Source: an uncultured Acidobacteriota bacterium (GTDB taxonomy: Bacteria; Acidobacteriota; Thermoanaerobaculia; UBA5066). From it: 64,000 bases of DNA. The notes below the pieces were generated by a model. That model saw only the letters and a program-made list of their open reading frames with translations. It did no database searches and was not told where the DNA came from. This document shows positions 1 through 10,234 of the stretch, piece by piece. Within the stretch, counting starts at the first letter, position 1, and each line of letters starts with the position of its first letter. The stretch is taken from positions 1,472,001-1,536,000 of the forward strand of contig CAVZYA010000002.1 of the NCBI GenBank assembly GCA_963779415.1. Direction: 5' to 3'. The translations under genes were made by a program, and so were the position numbers.

Positions 1-2882
1 TCGGCGCCATGATGATGAGCGGCGTCACGAACGACCGGAACCATCCGACGACGAGGACGTAGATCAGGACGAGGACGGCGGCGAAGGCGATCCCCATGTC
101 GCGGAAGACCTCGTACGTGATGTGCCACTCGCCGTCCCACTTCATCGCGTACGACGTCGAGTCGGTCGGGAGGCTCGTCGAGAGGACCGGGAGGGGACGG
201 CCGTCCGGCTGCTTCAGCGCCGCCACCCGGCTCTTCATGTCGAGGATTCCGTAGACCGGGGCCTCCGCGACCCCCGCCATCTCCGCGAGGACGTACGTCA
301 CCGGCTGGAGGTTCTTGTGGTAGACGAACGTCTCGCGGACGTCGCGGCGGACGGTGACGAGCTCGCGGAGCGGGACGAGCTTTCCCGTCATCGACGGGAC
401 CGTCGTCGAAAGAAGCCCCTCGAGGCCGGAGCGCTGCGCCCGTTCGAGGCGGAGGACGATCGGCACGGCGGAGCGGGCGCTCTCGTCCCGGAGGAGCCCG
501 GCCTCGCCGCCGTCGAGGGCGATCCGGAGCGTCTTCACGACCACCTCGGGGCTGACGCCCGAGAGCGCCGCCTTCTCGCGGTCGACGAGAAGCTCCACGC
601 GCGGTCCGGGGGCCTGGACGAGCCAGTCCGTATCGACGACGCCGGGGGTCGACTCGAAGATTTCGCGGACCTTCTTCGCGAGGGCGATCCGCTCCTTCGG
701 GTCGGGCCCGTAGATCTCGGCCACCATCGTGGAGAGGACGGGGGGGCCCGGCGGGACCTCGGTCACCTTCACGTTCGCGCCGAGCCGCCTCCCGACTTCG
801 GCGACGCGCGTCCGGACGTCCTTGGCGATCGTGTGGCTGTCGCGCCGGCGCTCGTCCTTCGGGGCGAGGTTGACCTGCATGTCGGCCACGAGAGGCCCGG
901 AGCGGAGGAAATAGTGGCGGACGAGGCCGTTGAAGTTGAAGGGCGCCGACGTGCCGGCGTAGACCTGCACGTTCGTCACCTCGGGGACCTCCTTCACGAT
1001 CCCGGCAAGCGTGCGCGCCGCCGAGGCGGTCGCCTCCAGCGTCGTCCCTTCGGGCATGTCGAGGACGACCTGAAGCTCGCTCTTGTTGTCGTACGGGAGC
1101 ATCTTCACCTTCGCCGCGCGGATCACGAAGAGCCCCGTCGCGAGAAGGAGAAGGACGACGACGGAGCCGAGAAGCGCCCAGCGCCGCCCCGCACGCTTGA
1201 GAAGCGGCGTGAAGAGCCTCCGGTAGAACTTCTCCAGCTTCCCCTCGGCCGTGGTCTCGGCGTCGGGCGAGAAGCGGTCGTGCCCCTTCCGGTGCTCCTC
1301 GGCGTACTTCCGGAAGAGCCGGAAGGTGAGCCAGGGCGAGACGACGAAGGCGACGAGAAGCGAGAAGATCATCGCCGCCGAGGCATTGACCGGGATGGGG
1401 CGCATGTAGGGCCCCATCAGGCCCGAGACGAACGCGAGCGGCAGGAGCGCGGCGACGACCGCGAAGGTCGCGAGGATCGTCGGATTCCCGACCTCGTCGA
1501 CGGCGTAGACCGTCGCCAGGCGCGGCTCGCCCCACCCCAGCTCGTAATGGCGGTGGACGTTCTCGACGACGACGATGGCGTCGTCCACGAGGATGCCGAT
1601 CGCGAAGATGAGGGCGAAGAGCGTGACCCGGTTCAGCGTGTAGCCGAAGAGGTACGACGAGAAGAGCGTGAGGGCCAGCGTGGTCGGGACGGCGACGAGG
1701 ACGACGAGCGCTTCGCGCCGGCCGAGGAAGAGGGCCATCAGGAGGACGACGGAGAGGGTCGCGAGGCCGACGTGGAAGATCAGCTCCGAGGACTTTTCGT
1801 CGGCGGTCTTCCCATAGTCGCGCGTCTTCGTGATCGAGACGTTCGACGGGACGACGCGCCCTTTGAGTCCGGCGAGCCGGGCATCCAGCTCCTTCACCAG
1901 CTCGACGGCGTTCGTCCCCGGCTTCTTCGCGACGGCGAGCGTCACGGCCGGAGCGTCCACGCCCCCCTTCGTCATCATCCAGACGTACTGCGACGGCTCC
2001 TCGGGGCCGTCGGAGACGGCGGCGACGTCCCGGAGGTAGACGGGCTTCCCCTGCGAGACGCCGATGACGGCCTAGCCGACGTCCTCGGCCCGCCGGAAGA
2101 GGGAGCCGACCTCGACGAGGGTCTCGGCGTTCCCCGAGGAGAAGCTCCCGGCCGGCAGGCGCCAGTTCAGGCCCGAGAGCGCCTGGTAGGCCTGGACGAG
2201 CGAGACGTTGTGGGTGGCGAGCCGGTCGCGGTCGAAGGTGACGCGGACGACGCGGCGCTGGCCGCCGAGGATCGTCACCTGCGCGACGCGCGGGTGACGC
2301 GTGAACTCGCTCTTCAGCTCCTCGGCCACCTGCCGGAGGCGCATGGGGGAGAGGTCGTTCGACCAGAGCGTCCAGGCGGCGACGGGGACGTCGTCGATCC
2401 CGCGCGGCGCGACGACGGGGGGCATCGCCCCGGGCGGAAGCGACGGAGCCATGCTCCGCGAGCTTCGCGTGGACCCTCACGACGGCCTGGTCGGGGTCCG
2501 TCCCGACCAGGAACCGGACGATGACGATGCCGCCGGAGGGCTGGGAGATCGAGTAGACGTACTCGACGTTCGGGATCTCGTAGAGCGCCTTCTCGACCGG
2601 AGAGACGACGCGACGCTCCACCTCCTCCGGCGAGGCCCCCGGCATCGCCACCATCACGTCGATCATCGGGACCTTGATCTGGGGCTCCTCCTCGCGCGGC
2701 GTGATCAGGAGGGAGAAGACGCCGAGAAGGAGCGAAGCGACGACGAGGAGCGGCGTCAGCTTCGACTCGAGGAAGGCTTTCGCGAGCCGCCCGGAGGCCC
2801 CGAGCGGCCGGCGCGTCATCTTCAGCCGGAGCGCCTCCTTGCGCGCGTCGGGCGGGAGGCCCGGCGTCGGGGCCTGGCTCAC
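1..2882 (-). CDS. AcrB/AcrD/AcrF-family RND efflux permease, 3' end outside window; +1 frameshift near 2455 and in-frame TAG at 2072-2074
   Basis: Manual minus-strand reading from a GTG overlapping the MFP stop gives FLESKLTPLLV..EIPNVEYVYSISQ..GIDDVPVAAWTLWS..VYLRDVAAVSDGPEE..ILVDDAIVVVENV..VLIYVLVVGWFRSF, typical RND permease segments. Confidence 0.88.
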   Translation of the reverse strand, partial: MSQAPTPGLPPDARKEALRLKMTRRPLGASGRLAKAFLESKLTPLLVVASLLLGVFSLLITPREEEPQIKVPMIDVMVAMPGASPEEVERRVVSPVEKALYEIPNVEYVYSISQPSGGIVIVRFLVGTDPDQAVVRVHAKLAEHGSVASARGDAPRRRAARDRRRPRRRLDALVERPLPHAPPAGGRGAEERVHASPARRAGDDPRRPAPRRPRHLRPRPARHPQRLARPGLPGALGPELAPAGRELLLGERRDPRRGRLPLPAGRGRRLGRHRRLAGEARLPPGRRRRLRRPRGAVAVRLDDDEGGRGRSGRDARRREEAGDERRRAGEGAGCPARRTQRARRPVERLDHEDARLWEDRRRKVLGADLPRRPRDPLRRPPDGPLPRPARSARRPRRRPDHAGPHALLVVPLRLHAEPGHALRPHLRDRHPRGRRHRRRRERPPPLRAGVGRAAPGDGLRRRRGRESDDPRDLRGRRRAPAARVRLGPDGALHAPHPGQCLGGDDLLASRRLRRLALAHLPALPEVRRGAPEGARPLLARRRDHGRGEAGEVLPEALHAASQACGAALGASRLRRRPSPSRDGALRDPRGEGEDAPVRQQERASGRPRHARRDDAGGDRLGGAHACRDREGGPRGDERAGLRRHVGALQLQRPRPPLFPPLRASRGRHAGQPRPEGRAPARQPHDRQGRPDARRRSREAARREREGDRGPAGPPRPLHDGGRDLRARPEGADRPREEGPRNLRVDPRRRRYGLARPGPRTARGASRRPREGGALGRQPRGGREDAPDRPRRRRGRAPPGRERPLRRADRPPPRTGAALRPRGASFDDGPVDDGKARPAPRARHRPPRRPRDVRLPQEPPAGDVRPRGDGGGRGGPGLRNPRHEEPGGGAEAAGRPSPPGPLDEPPDRLDVVRDEVGRRVAHHVRGLPRHGDRLRRRPRPDLRPRRRMVPVVRDAAHHHGA

Positions 2883-3949
2883 TTCGCGGCCTCCGTCACC
2901 GGCGCCCCGTCGGCCGGAAGGGTCTTGAGCGAGACGAGGACCTTCTCGCCCCCGGAGAGGCCGGAGAGGATCTCGATCCTGCCGTCGCGGGCGTCTCCCG
3001 TCGTCACGGCCCGGGAGCGCGCCTTCCCTTCGGCGTCGCGGATGACGACCATCGAGAGGCCGCCGGTCCGGAGGACGGCGCCTTCGGGGACGAGGACGGT
3101 CTTCCGCTTTCCGGCATCGAGGAAAGCGCGGCCGGTGAGGCCCGAAGCGAGCGGCGCGCCCGGCAGCTCGATCTTCGCGGTGAACGTGTGGCTCGCCGGG
3201 TCGGCGCCGGGAGACATCTCGACGACGACGCCCGCCATCTCCGCCGGGGACTCCGTCGATCCGGACCGGGATGCGCTGCCCCGTCCGGAGTCCCGACGCC
3301 TCCGCGGTGGAGGCGGGGACCGGGACGACGAGTCGCCGGCCCGCGGCCGACTCGAGCATCACGAGCGGACGGCCCGGCGCCGCGAAGTCGCCCGGATCGA
3401 CCATCCGCGCCGAGATCCGTCCCGCGAACGGGGCGGCGACGCGCGACTCGCGCGCGACGGACGAGGCGGCCTCGACGGCCCCCTCCCCCTGCTGGACGGC
3501 CCCCTTCGCCTGCTCGTACTGCATCCGCGCCATGTCCAGCTCCAGCTCCGAGGCCGAGCCGGACTTCACGAGGGCCTGGTAACGCTGGTGATTCCGCTCG
3601 GCGAGGGCGAGGGCGGCGCGCGCCTGCGCGAGGGCCCCCTTCGCCTGAGATTCCTGCCCCTTCGCCGTCGCGGGGTCGATCTCCACGAGGACGTCTCCCG
3701 CGGACGACGGAATCGCCCGGCTTGACCGGGACGGAGACGACGTTCGCCATGACGCGGCTCGAGATGGCGGCCGTCTTCGCGGCCTCGACCGTCCCGTAGA
3801 GCTCGACGCGGTCCGCGAGGTCGGCGGCTTCGGCCGTCGCGACGGCCGACGTGACCGGGCGCGGGCGCCGTCTCCTTCGCCTCGTGCTTTCCGCCGCACG
3901 CGGCGGCCGAAAGGGCGATGGCGGCGAGCGCGGTTCTCCAGAGCTTCAT
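2879..3949 (-). CDS. RND efflux periplasmic adaptor (MFP) lipoprotein, three +1 frameshifts (~3855, ~3697, ~3245)
   Basis: Lipoprotein signal MKLWRTALAAIALSAAAC; lipoyl-like segment AISSRVMANVVSVPVKPGDSV; C-terminal ADPASHTFTAKIEL..VLVPEGAV..IEILSGLSGGEKV; lies between tolC-like and RND genes. Confidence 0.85.
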
Positions 3950-3966
3950 TCGTTCCTCCGTATTCC

Positions 3967-5315
3967 TCAGGGCAGGACGCTCTCGGGGCGCCGGCCGGCC
4001 TTTGCCGCGAGGCGCAGGACGGCGGCGTGCGCCTCGGCGCGCGCCACCAGCTCCCGCGTCTCGGCCTCCCGCCGTGCCGTCGTCGCGTCCAGAAGGTCGA
4101 GCATCTTCACGACGCCCGACCGGAACCTCTCGTCCGTGATCCGCTCGGTCTCGCGGGCGGCCTCGAGCGCCTTCCGGGCGCCGTGGCGCTCCGCGCCTCG
4201 GCGGTCCGGGCCTCCTCGAACGCCTGCCGGACCTCGAGGCGGACCCCTTCTTCGAAGCGGGCGACGTCCTCGCGGCCGGCGCGCGCCTCCTCGCGTGCCG
4301 CGATCGCGGCCGCGTGGTCCGAGCCCCCGGCGAAGACGTTCCACGTCGCGACGGCCATGAGGGCCCCGTTCGTCCCGCTCGACCCGAAGACGTGCTCGCC
4401 GTAGAGCTCGCCCCGCGCGACGAACGCGAGCTTCGGCCAGTAGGGCGCCTTCCGGACCTTCTCCTCGAGTTCCCCTGCCGCGAGCAGCTTCTGCGCCGAG
4501 ACGAGGTCGGGGCGCGAGGCCGCCGTGTCGAGCCAGGGCCCGACGGGTCCGTCGAGCGGGAGGGGATCGGCGAGCGGCGCGAGAGCCCAGGTCGCGTCCC
4601 CCGGCGCCCCGAGGCGGAAGGCGAGGTTCGCGTTCGCGATCCGGACGCGCCCGTCGGCTTCCTCGACGAGGTCGTCGATCCGCGACAGCTCGACCTCGGC
4701 CCGGAGGAGCTCGGAGCGGACGAGCATCCCCTGCTCGACGTAGTTCCGGGCGAGGGCGACGTGGGCCGCGACCGTCTCGCGGGCCTTCTTCAGGAGCGCG
4801 GCGTACTCCTCGGCCTGCGCGACCATCACGTAGGCCTCGGCGGCGGCGAGGGCGGCGGCGTTCCCGGCCCAGTCGGCCGTCTGGCCCGCCGCGGCCGCCG
4901 CGAGCTTCGCCTGGTCGATCCGCGTCGAGAGCTCGCCCCCCGTGAAGAGGGGGAGGGCGATCTCGGCCCGGGTGATCCCGGCGTTGATCGGGGCCGGGCT
5001 GTTCGGGTCGCTCTGGACGAAGTCGGGGAAGGAGAAGGTCCCCTGGTTCAGCTTCAGGGCGAAGACCTCGGCGGGATTGTCCGTCCGCGTCCAGAGGGCG
5101 GTCAGGTTGAGCGAGGGGAGACGGAACCCCTTCGCCTGCGACGCCCGGGCCTCGGCCGCCTGCTGGCGCGCGCGGGCGGCCGTCACTTCACGGGCGTTCT
5201 GGCGGGCGCGTGCCATGGCGCCGGAGAGCGTGAGCGTCTCCCCGGCCGCGGCCGCCGGAAGGGAGGCGAGGAGCGCGAGGAGCGTGAGAAGAGCGGGTGT
5301 TCTTGCCGTCGTCAT
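3967..5315 (-). CDS. TolC-family outer membrane efflux protein, +1 frameshift near 4180
   Basis: Signal peptide, LTLSGAMARARQN, LPLFTGG, YVEQGMLVRSELLRAEV; the C-terminus ERFRSGVVKMLDLLDA is in the adjacent frame (ORF 3967..4344). Confidence 0.88.
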
Positions 5316-5351
5316 CGGGCCTCCGGAGGGGTCTCCCGGAAAACGTCAGCT

Positions 5352-5379
5352 AATATAGCTATATAGTTATAAATGTCAA
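5352..5379 (-). promoter_or_regulatory. Sigma70-type promoter of the tolC-MFP-RND operon with overlapping palindromic operator
   Basis: Minus strand TTGACA (5374-5379), 16 nt spacer, TATATT (5352-5357); perfect palindrome ATATAGCTATAT at 5353-5364 in an AT-rich island. Confidence 0.7.
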
Positions 5380-5396
5380 GTCGGGCAGCCCGGCCC

Positions 5397-6104
5397 TCAG
5401 GCCGGGTCGTTCAGAAGGGTGCCCAGGCGCGTCACGACCCGGCTCCCCTCGTCGCGGTCATACGGGCGCGCATAGAAGCTGGAGAGGTCCATCGGCTCGT
5501 GGATCCGGATCCGGCACTTCTTGAAGAACTTGCCGGGGAGCTGCCTGTGGAGAAGGAGCTTGCGGAACCCGTCGACGCGGACCGGCACGGCGATGGCCTT
5601 CGTCCGGTGGAGGATCTGGGCGATCCCCTTCCTCAGAGGCGCCCCCGGCTGCGTCGTCCCGGAGGGGAAGTGGAGAAGCCACCCCCGCTCGATCGCCTCC
5701 TCGACGCGCGCCACCCCCTCGAGGTCCACCGGGCGGCTCACCTCCTTGCCCCCTTCGCGGAAGGAGCGCCGGAAGGTGACGCCGCCGGCCTTCGTGAAGA
5801 GGACGGTGAGGAGGTTCTTCTTCATCGTCTCCTCGGCGGCGGAGAACCGGAGATAGGGATCCTCGAGGTCGTAGCCGTGCTTCACGTAGAGGATGTCGAA
5901 GAAGGCGATCGCCTCCATGAAGTAGGTCTGGTGGTTCGAGAGGAAGACGACGCCGGTCCGCGGCAGCCGCTCGAGAAGGTCGTCTCCCTCCACCCGCACG
6001 TGGTTCACGAGCCGGAAGTAGGGAAGCGTGAACCCGACGCCGAAGCTCAGGATCAGACCGTGGCGGATCCACCGGTCGGAGAAGACGTTGAAGAGGCCGG
6101 ACAC
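5397..6104 (-). CDS. Lysophospholipid/1-acyl-glycerol-3-phosphate acyltransferase (PlsC family)
   Basis: VVFLSNHQTYFME (block I), LLHFPSGT (FPEGT-like block III), LRKGIAQI..AVPVRVDG. Confidence 0.8.
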   Translation of the reverse strand: MSGLFNVFSDRWIRHGLILSFGVGFTLPYFRLVNHVRVEGDDLLERLPRTGVVFLSNHQTYFMEAIAFFDILYVKHGYDLEDPYLRFSAAEETMKKNLLTVLFTKAGGVTFRRSFREGGKEVSRPVDLEGVARVEEAIERGWLLHFPSGTTQPGAPLRKGIAQILHRTKAIAVPVRVDGFRKLLLHRQLPGKFFKKCRIRIHEPMDLSSFYARPYDRDEGSRVVTRLGTLLNDPA

Positions 6105-6185
6105 GAATCGGAGATTCTAGAAGAGATGCCTTCCCCCGGTGCCTTAGACCTCTCGCAGAAATCGGCCATAATCGACTCCAAAGAC

Positions 6186-8021
6186 GTGACCGAAGCGCTT
6201 CCGGCCCGGACCCTTCTCGACTACTTTCGCCATGCCGCCTCGAGCGGCAAGGCCGATCTTCTCGTGCAGAAGATCGAGGGCTCGTGGCGGCCGATGTCGG
6301 CGGATGGATTCGCCGAGCTGACCAAAGGGCTCGCGCTCGGGCTCGCACTTCTCGGGGTCGACCGTCACGACCGCGTCGCGATCCTCTCCGAGAACCGGCC
6401 GGAGTGGGCGGCGACCGATTTCGCGACGCTCGCGCTCGGTGCCCTCACGGTGCCGATCTACACGACCTATCTCGCGCCCCAGGTCGAGTACATCCTCCGG
6501 GATTCCATGGCGAAGGTCGTCGTCGTCTCGAACGCCGTGGAGCTGCAGAAGGTCCTCGACGTGCGCCAGCGTTGCCGGGATCTGGACCACATCCTCGTCG
6601 TCGAGCCCGCCGACTGGAGCGCGGGGAAAGCGACGCCCCTCGCGGACGTCGTGGCGAAAGGCCTTTCCGCCCTCGCCGTCGATCCGAAAGCCTTCGACGA
6701 GCGGGCCGACGCGCTCGTCGCCTCGGACTGGGCGACGATGATCTACACGTCCGGGACGACGGGCGAGCCGAAGGGTGCCGTCCTGACGCACGAGAACTTC
6801 GTCGCGAACGTCTCGATCTGTTCGACGCTCTTCGACGTGACGCCTTCGGACGTCGCCCTCTCGTTTCTCCCGCTCGCGCACGTCTTCGAGCGGATGGTCG
6901 ACTACCTCTACTTCTCCCGCGCGGCGACGATCGCCTACGCCGAGTCGATCGAGAAGCTCTCCGAGAACTTCCGGGAGGTGCGCCCGCACTGCTTCGCGGC
7001 CGTGCCCCGCGTCTACGAGAAGATGCTCACCCGCGTCCAGGGCGCCGTCGAGCAGGCGCCGGCGCTCCGCCGGAGGATCTTCGCGTGGGGCCTCCGGACC
7101 GGGCGCGACCGGCTTCTCATCGAGGAACGGGGGGAGAGCCCCGGCTTCTTCCTCCGCCTGAAGGCCCGCCTCGCCGATCGCCTCGTCTTCTCGAAGATCA
7201 AGGAGCGCCTCGGCGGCCGCTTCCGCTTCGCGATCTCGGGGGGCGCCCCGCTCGCGAGGGAGGTCGCGGAGTTCTTCTGGGCGGCCGGCGTCCGTGTCTA
7301 CGAGGGGTACGGCCTGACGGAGACGAGCCCCGTCCTCACCTGCAACCGGCCCGGCGAGTGGCGTCTCGGCAGCGTCGGCCGCCCCGTCCCGGGCGTCACG
7401 CTGAGGCTCGCGCCGGACGGCGAAGTGCTCGCGAAGGGGCCGAGCGTCATGTCCGGAGGTTACTGGCGCAAGGCCGCGGAGACCGAGACGGTCTTCGACG
7501 AGGAGGGCTGGTTCAAGACCGGCGACATCGGGACCTTCGACGAGGACGGCTACCTGACGCTGACCGACCGGAAGAAGGAGATCCTCGTCAACGCCTACGG
7601 AAAGAACGTCGCGCCGGCGCCGATCGAGGCCGCGTTGAAGATGGTCCGCTACGTCTCGTCGGCCGTCCTCGTCGGAAACCGCAGGAAGTTCCTCTCGGCC
7701 CTGATCGTGCCGAACTTCGACCGGGTCGAGGCGTGGGCGCAGGAGAACGGCATCTCGGTCGAGCGCCGCGAGGAGCTGCTCGCGCATCCGAAGGTTCGTT
7801 CCCTCTTCCGGCAGGCCCTCGACATCGTGAACGGCGACGAGCCGCACGAGCGCCAGATACGCGCCTTCGCGCTTCTTCCCGAGGACTTCACGATCGACGG
7901 CGGCGAGCTGACGCCCACGCTCAAGGTCAAACGCCGCGTCGTGGACGAGAAGTTCCGTGCGGTGATCGACCGGATGTACGCCGATGCCGAGCATTCCGCC
8001 GGGGCGGAAGCCGACGCCTGA
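6186..8021 (+). CDS. Long-chain fatty acid--CoA ligase (AMP-binding, FadD15-like)
   Basis: IYTSGTTGEPKG, SFLPLAHVFER, YEGYGLTETSP, GWFKTGDIG, DRKKEILVNAYGKNVAP; GTG start chosen at 6186. Confidence 0.92.
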   Translation: MTEALPARTLLDYFRHAASSGKADLLVQKIEGSWRPMSADGFAELTKGLALGLALLGVDRHDRVAILSENRPEWAATDFATLALGALTVPIYTTYLAPQVEYILRDSMAKVVVVSNAVELQKVLDVRQRCRDLDHILVVEPADWSAGKATPLADVVAKGLSALAVDPKAFDERADALVASDWATMIYTSGTTGEPKGAVLTHENFVANVSICSTLFDVTPSDVALSFLPLAHVFERMVDYLYFSRAATIAYAESIEKLSENFREVRPHCFAAVPRVYEKMLTRVQGAVEQAPALRRRIFAWGLRTGRDRLLIEERGESPGFFLRLKARLADRLVFSKIKERLGGRFRFAISGGAPLAREVAEFFWAAGVRVYEGYGLTETSPVLTCNRPGEWRLGSVGRPVPGVTLRLAPDGEVLAKGPSVMSGGYWRKAAETETVFDEEGWFKTGDIGTFDEDGYLTLTDRKKEILVNAYGKNVAPAPIEAALKMVRYVSSAVLVGNRRKFLSALIVPNFDRVEAWAQENGISVERREELLAHPKVRSLFRQALDIVNGDEPHERQIRAFALLPEDFTIDGGELTPTLKVKRRVVDEKFRAVIDRMYADAEHSAGAEADA

Positions 8022-8039
8022 AGTCCTCCCCGTTCCCGT

Positions 8040-9101
8040 CTAGAAATTGATCCCCACGGCCGGGCCGTGCCACTCATGGTGGATCAGGTCGTACCGGTAG
8101 CCGATCGACGTGAACGGCAGGCGGATGTACTCGAGGATTCCGAGGATCGCTTTCTTCCAGAACCTGTCTCTCTTCAGGCCGAGGCCTTCCGCGATCGGGA
8201 CGAGGTTGAGGCTGACCTCGAACCCGATGTTCTGCTGTCGCTCCTCCGGCGGGTGGATGTGGTAGCCCTGCGTGTCGTACCGGAGCGAGAAGAGAAAGAA
8301 CCGCGCCGCCCCCGGCTTCGGCACTCCGACGCGCGGCAGGAAGCCGGCGAGCTTCAGGTCGAGCGTGAAGACCTGATTCGAGTAGTCGTTCGCGTTGTTC
8401 GGAGGATCGAGGGGAACCTCGGGGGGCGGAAGGTTCGGCTGGACGAATCCGAAACGGACCCCGACCGTGTCGCGAAGGCCCAGCGCCGAGACGCCGAACG
8501 AAGCGAGCGACCCGACGGCGTCGGCCGCGAGATCCTGCCACGAGAAACCGTAATACGTGTAGCCGTCGCCCACCTCCACGAGGAGGCCCGTGGCGAACGA
8601 GGCGACGGCGCCGAGGATCTTCGACGCCATCGGCGAGTTTCCGAGGCCCCGGAACGCCTGCTCGCCCGCGTCCTGCCCGATCCACGAAAAGACGATGTGG
8701 GACGCCTTGTCGGCGCCTCCCGTGTAGGTGTCCGAGGCGAAAAACCCCTCGTTCGTGACGTGGAACGGCCGGCGGTCGTGGGAGCTCCAGAACCCGAGGT
8801 GCGTGACGACCGAGAAGCCGACCGGGAATCCGGCCGTCAGAAGGACGTTCTTCTCCCAGAGCGGCATTCCCGCTTTCGGCGGCGCGGGAGACGCCGCGGC
8901 GGGTTCCAGGGTGAACCCCGCCCGGAACGCTCCGGGTCTCTCCGCAAAGAGAGCGGCCGGGCCGCACGGAACGGGCTCGGCCCCCGTGCAGAGGCCCGGC
9001 GCGACCGGGCTCGCGGACCACGAGAGGGCGCCGGCGGGAGCGGCGAGAAGAGCGAAAGCGGCCAGAGAGGCGGAAATCCGGACCGGGTGAGATACGGGCA
9101 T
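8040..9101 (-). CDS. Exported DUF2279/YfiM-like protein
   Basis: Signal peptide; GGADKASH and LLVEVGDGYTYYGFSWQDLAADAVG resemble the DUF2279 core; C-terminal Phe. Confidence 0.6.
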   Translation of the reverse strand: MPVSHPVRISASLAAFALLAAPAGALSWSASPVAPGLCTGAEPVPCGPAALFAERPGAFRAGFTLEPAAASPAPPKAGMPLWEKNVLLTAGFPVGFSVVTHLGFWSSHDRRPFHVTNEGFFASDTYTGGADKASHIVFSWIGQDAGEQAFRGLGNSPMASKILGAVASFATGLLVEVGDGYTYYGFSWQDLAADAVGSLASFGVSALGLRDTVGVRFGFVQPNLPPPEVPLDPPNNANDYSNQVFTLDLKLAGFLPRVGVPKPGAARFFLFSLRYDTQGYHIHPPEERQQNIGFEVSLNLVPIAEGLGLKRDRFWKKAILGILEYIRLPFTSIGYRYDLIHHEWHGPAVGINF

Positions 9102-9118
9102 CACGTCGTCGGCCGGCC

Positions 9119-10234
9119 CTACGTCGAAGTCTTCCGGAAGCGGAAGACGGCCACGCCGATGATGACGACGGTGTAGACGACGAGCGCGGCGACCGGCTCC
9201 CGGAGGTCGGCAAGGCCGGCGCCCCGAAGGACGATGCCGCGGATCACCTCGATGAAGTAGCGGGCGGGGATGAGATAGGTGACGAGCTGGAAAGCCGGCG
9301 GCATCCCTTCGATCGGAAAGACGAAGCCCGACAGGAAGACGAACGGCAGCAGGAAGAAGAACGACATCTGCATCGCCTGCATCTGCGTCTTCGCGATCGT
9401 CGAGACGAGCATGCCGAGGCCGAGGACGGCGGCGATGAAGACGAGCCCCACGCCGTAAAGACCGGCCAGGCTTCCCGCGATGGGGATCGCGAAGACGAAG
9501 CGCATCAGGACGAGGACGAGCGTGAGCTGGAAAAGGCCGATCAAAAGGAACGGCAGGATCTTCCCGAGGATCAGCTCGAAGCGGGTGAAGGGGGTCACCT
9601 GGAGCTGCTCCAGCGTGCCGCGCTCGCGTTCCCGGACGATGGCCATGGCCGTGAACTGGATGAGGGTGAAGGTCAGGAGGATGGCGATGAGGCCGGGGAC
9701 GATGAAGGTCGGGGTCCTGAGGTCCGGGTTGTACCAGGCGCGGACCCGGAGATCGACGGGAAGCGCGCCCGCCGCGGCGCCGGATTGCCGGGAGAGCGCG
9801 GCGACGGAGAGCTGTGTCGTGACGCCTCCTGCGACGGCCATGGCCTGACTCGAGACGACGGTGTCCGAGGCGTTCACGGCCAGAAGGGCGCGGGCCGGAG
9901 CCCCGCTTCGCAGGTTCTTTCCGTAATCCCGGTCGATGACGAGGCCGACCGAGGCGCGGGCGGCGTCCAGCTCGCGCTCGATCGCGGCGAGGGAGTCGAC
10001 GTGGCCGACGACGCGGAAGTAGTCGCTCGCGGTCAGCTTCGCGACCAGCTCGCGGCTCTCGAAGCTCCGGTCCTCGTCGAGGACGACCGTCGCGAGGTGC
10101 TTGACGTCGAAGTCGATGGCGAAGCCGAAGATGAGAGTCTGCATGAGGGGGATCACGACGATCATCCGGAGCGTGACGCGGTCGCGCGAAAGCTGCAGGA
10201 ACTCCTTCCTGACGAGGGCGAGGAGGCGTCTCAC
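9119..10234 (-). CDS. ABC-2 type exporter permease (YbhR/YbhS-like)
   Basis: GTG overlapping the upstream stop; VRKEFLQLSRD, WYNPDLR, AIVRERERGTLEQL, LSGFVFPIEGMP. Confidence 0.9.
   Translation of the reverse strand: MRRLLALVRKEFLQLSRDRVTLRMIVVIPLMQTLIFGFAIDFDVKHLATVVLDEDRSFESRELVAKLTASDYFRVVGHVDSLAAIERELDAARASVGLVIDRDYGKNLRSGAPARALLAVNASDTVVSSQAMAVAGGVTTQLSVAALSRQSGAAAGALPVDLRVRAWYNPDLRTPTFIVPGLIAILLTFTLIQFTAMAIVRERERGTLEQLQVTPFTRFELILGKILPFLLIGLFQLTLVLVLMRFVFAIPIAGSLAGLYGVGLVFIAAVLGLGMLVSTIAKTQMQAMQMSFFFLLPFVFLSGFVFPIEGMPPAFQLVTYLIPARYFIEVIRGIVLRGAGLADLREPVAALVVYTVVIIGVAVFRFRKTST

Noticed and set aside
122-2524. 800-aa plus-strand ORF and many other long Arg/Gly/Pro-rich ORFs (e.g. 14109..16196, 40200..42461, 53731..55653, 60931..63141)
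   Set aside because: Shadow ORFs antisense or out of frame to recognisable genes, expected at this GC content; no motifs
5373-6185. N-terminal extension making the acyl-CoA ligase 882 aa
   Set aside because: The extension is the antisense of the acyltransferase gene; the real start is about 6186
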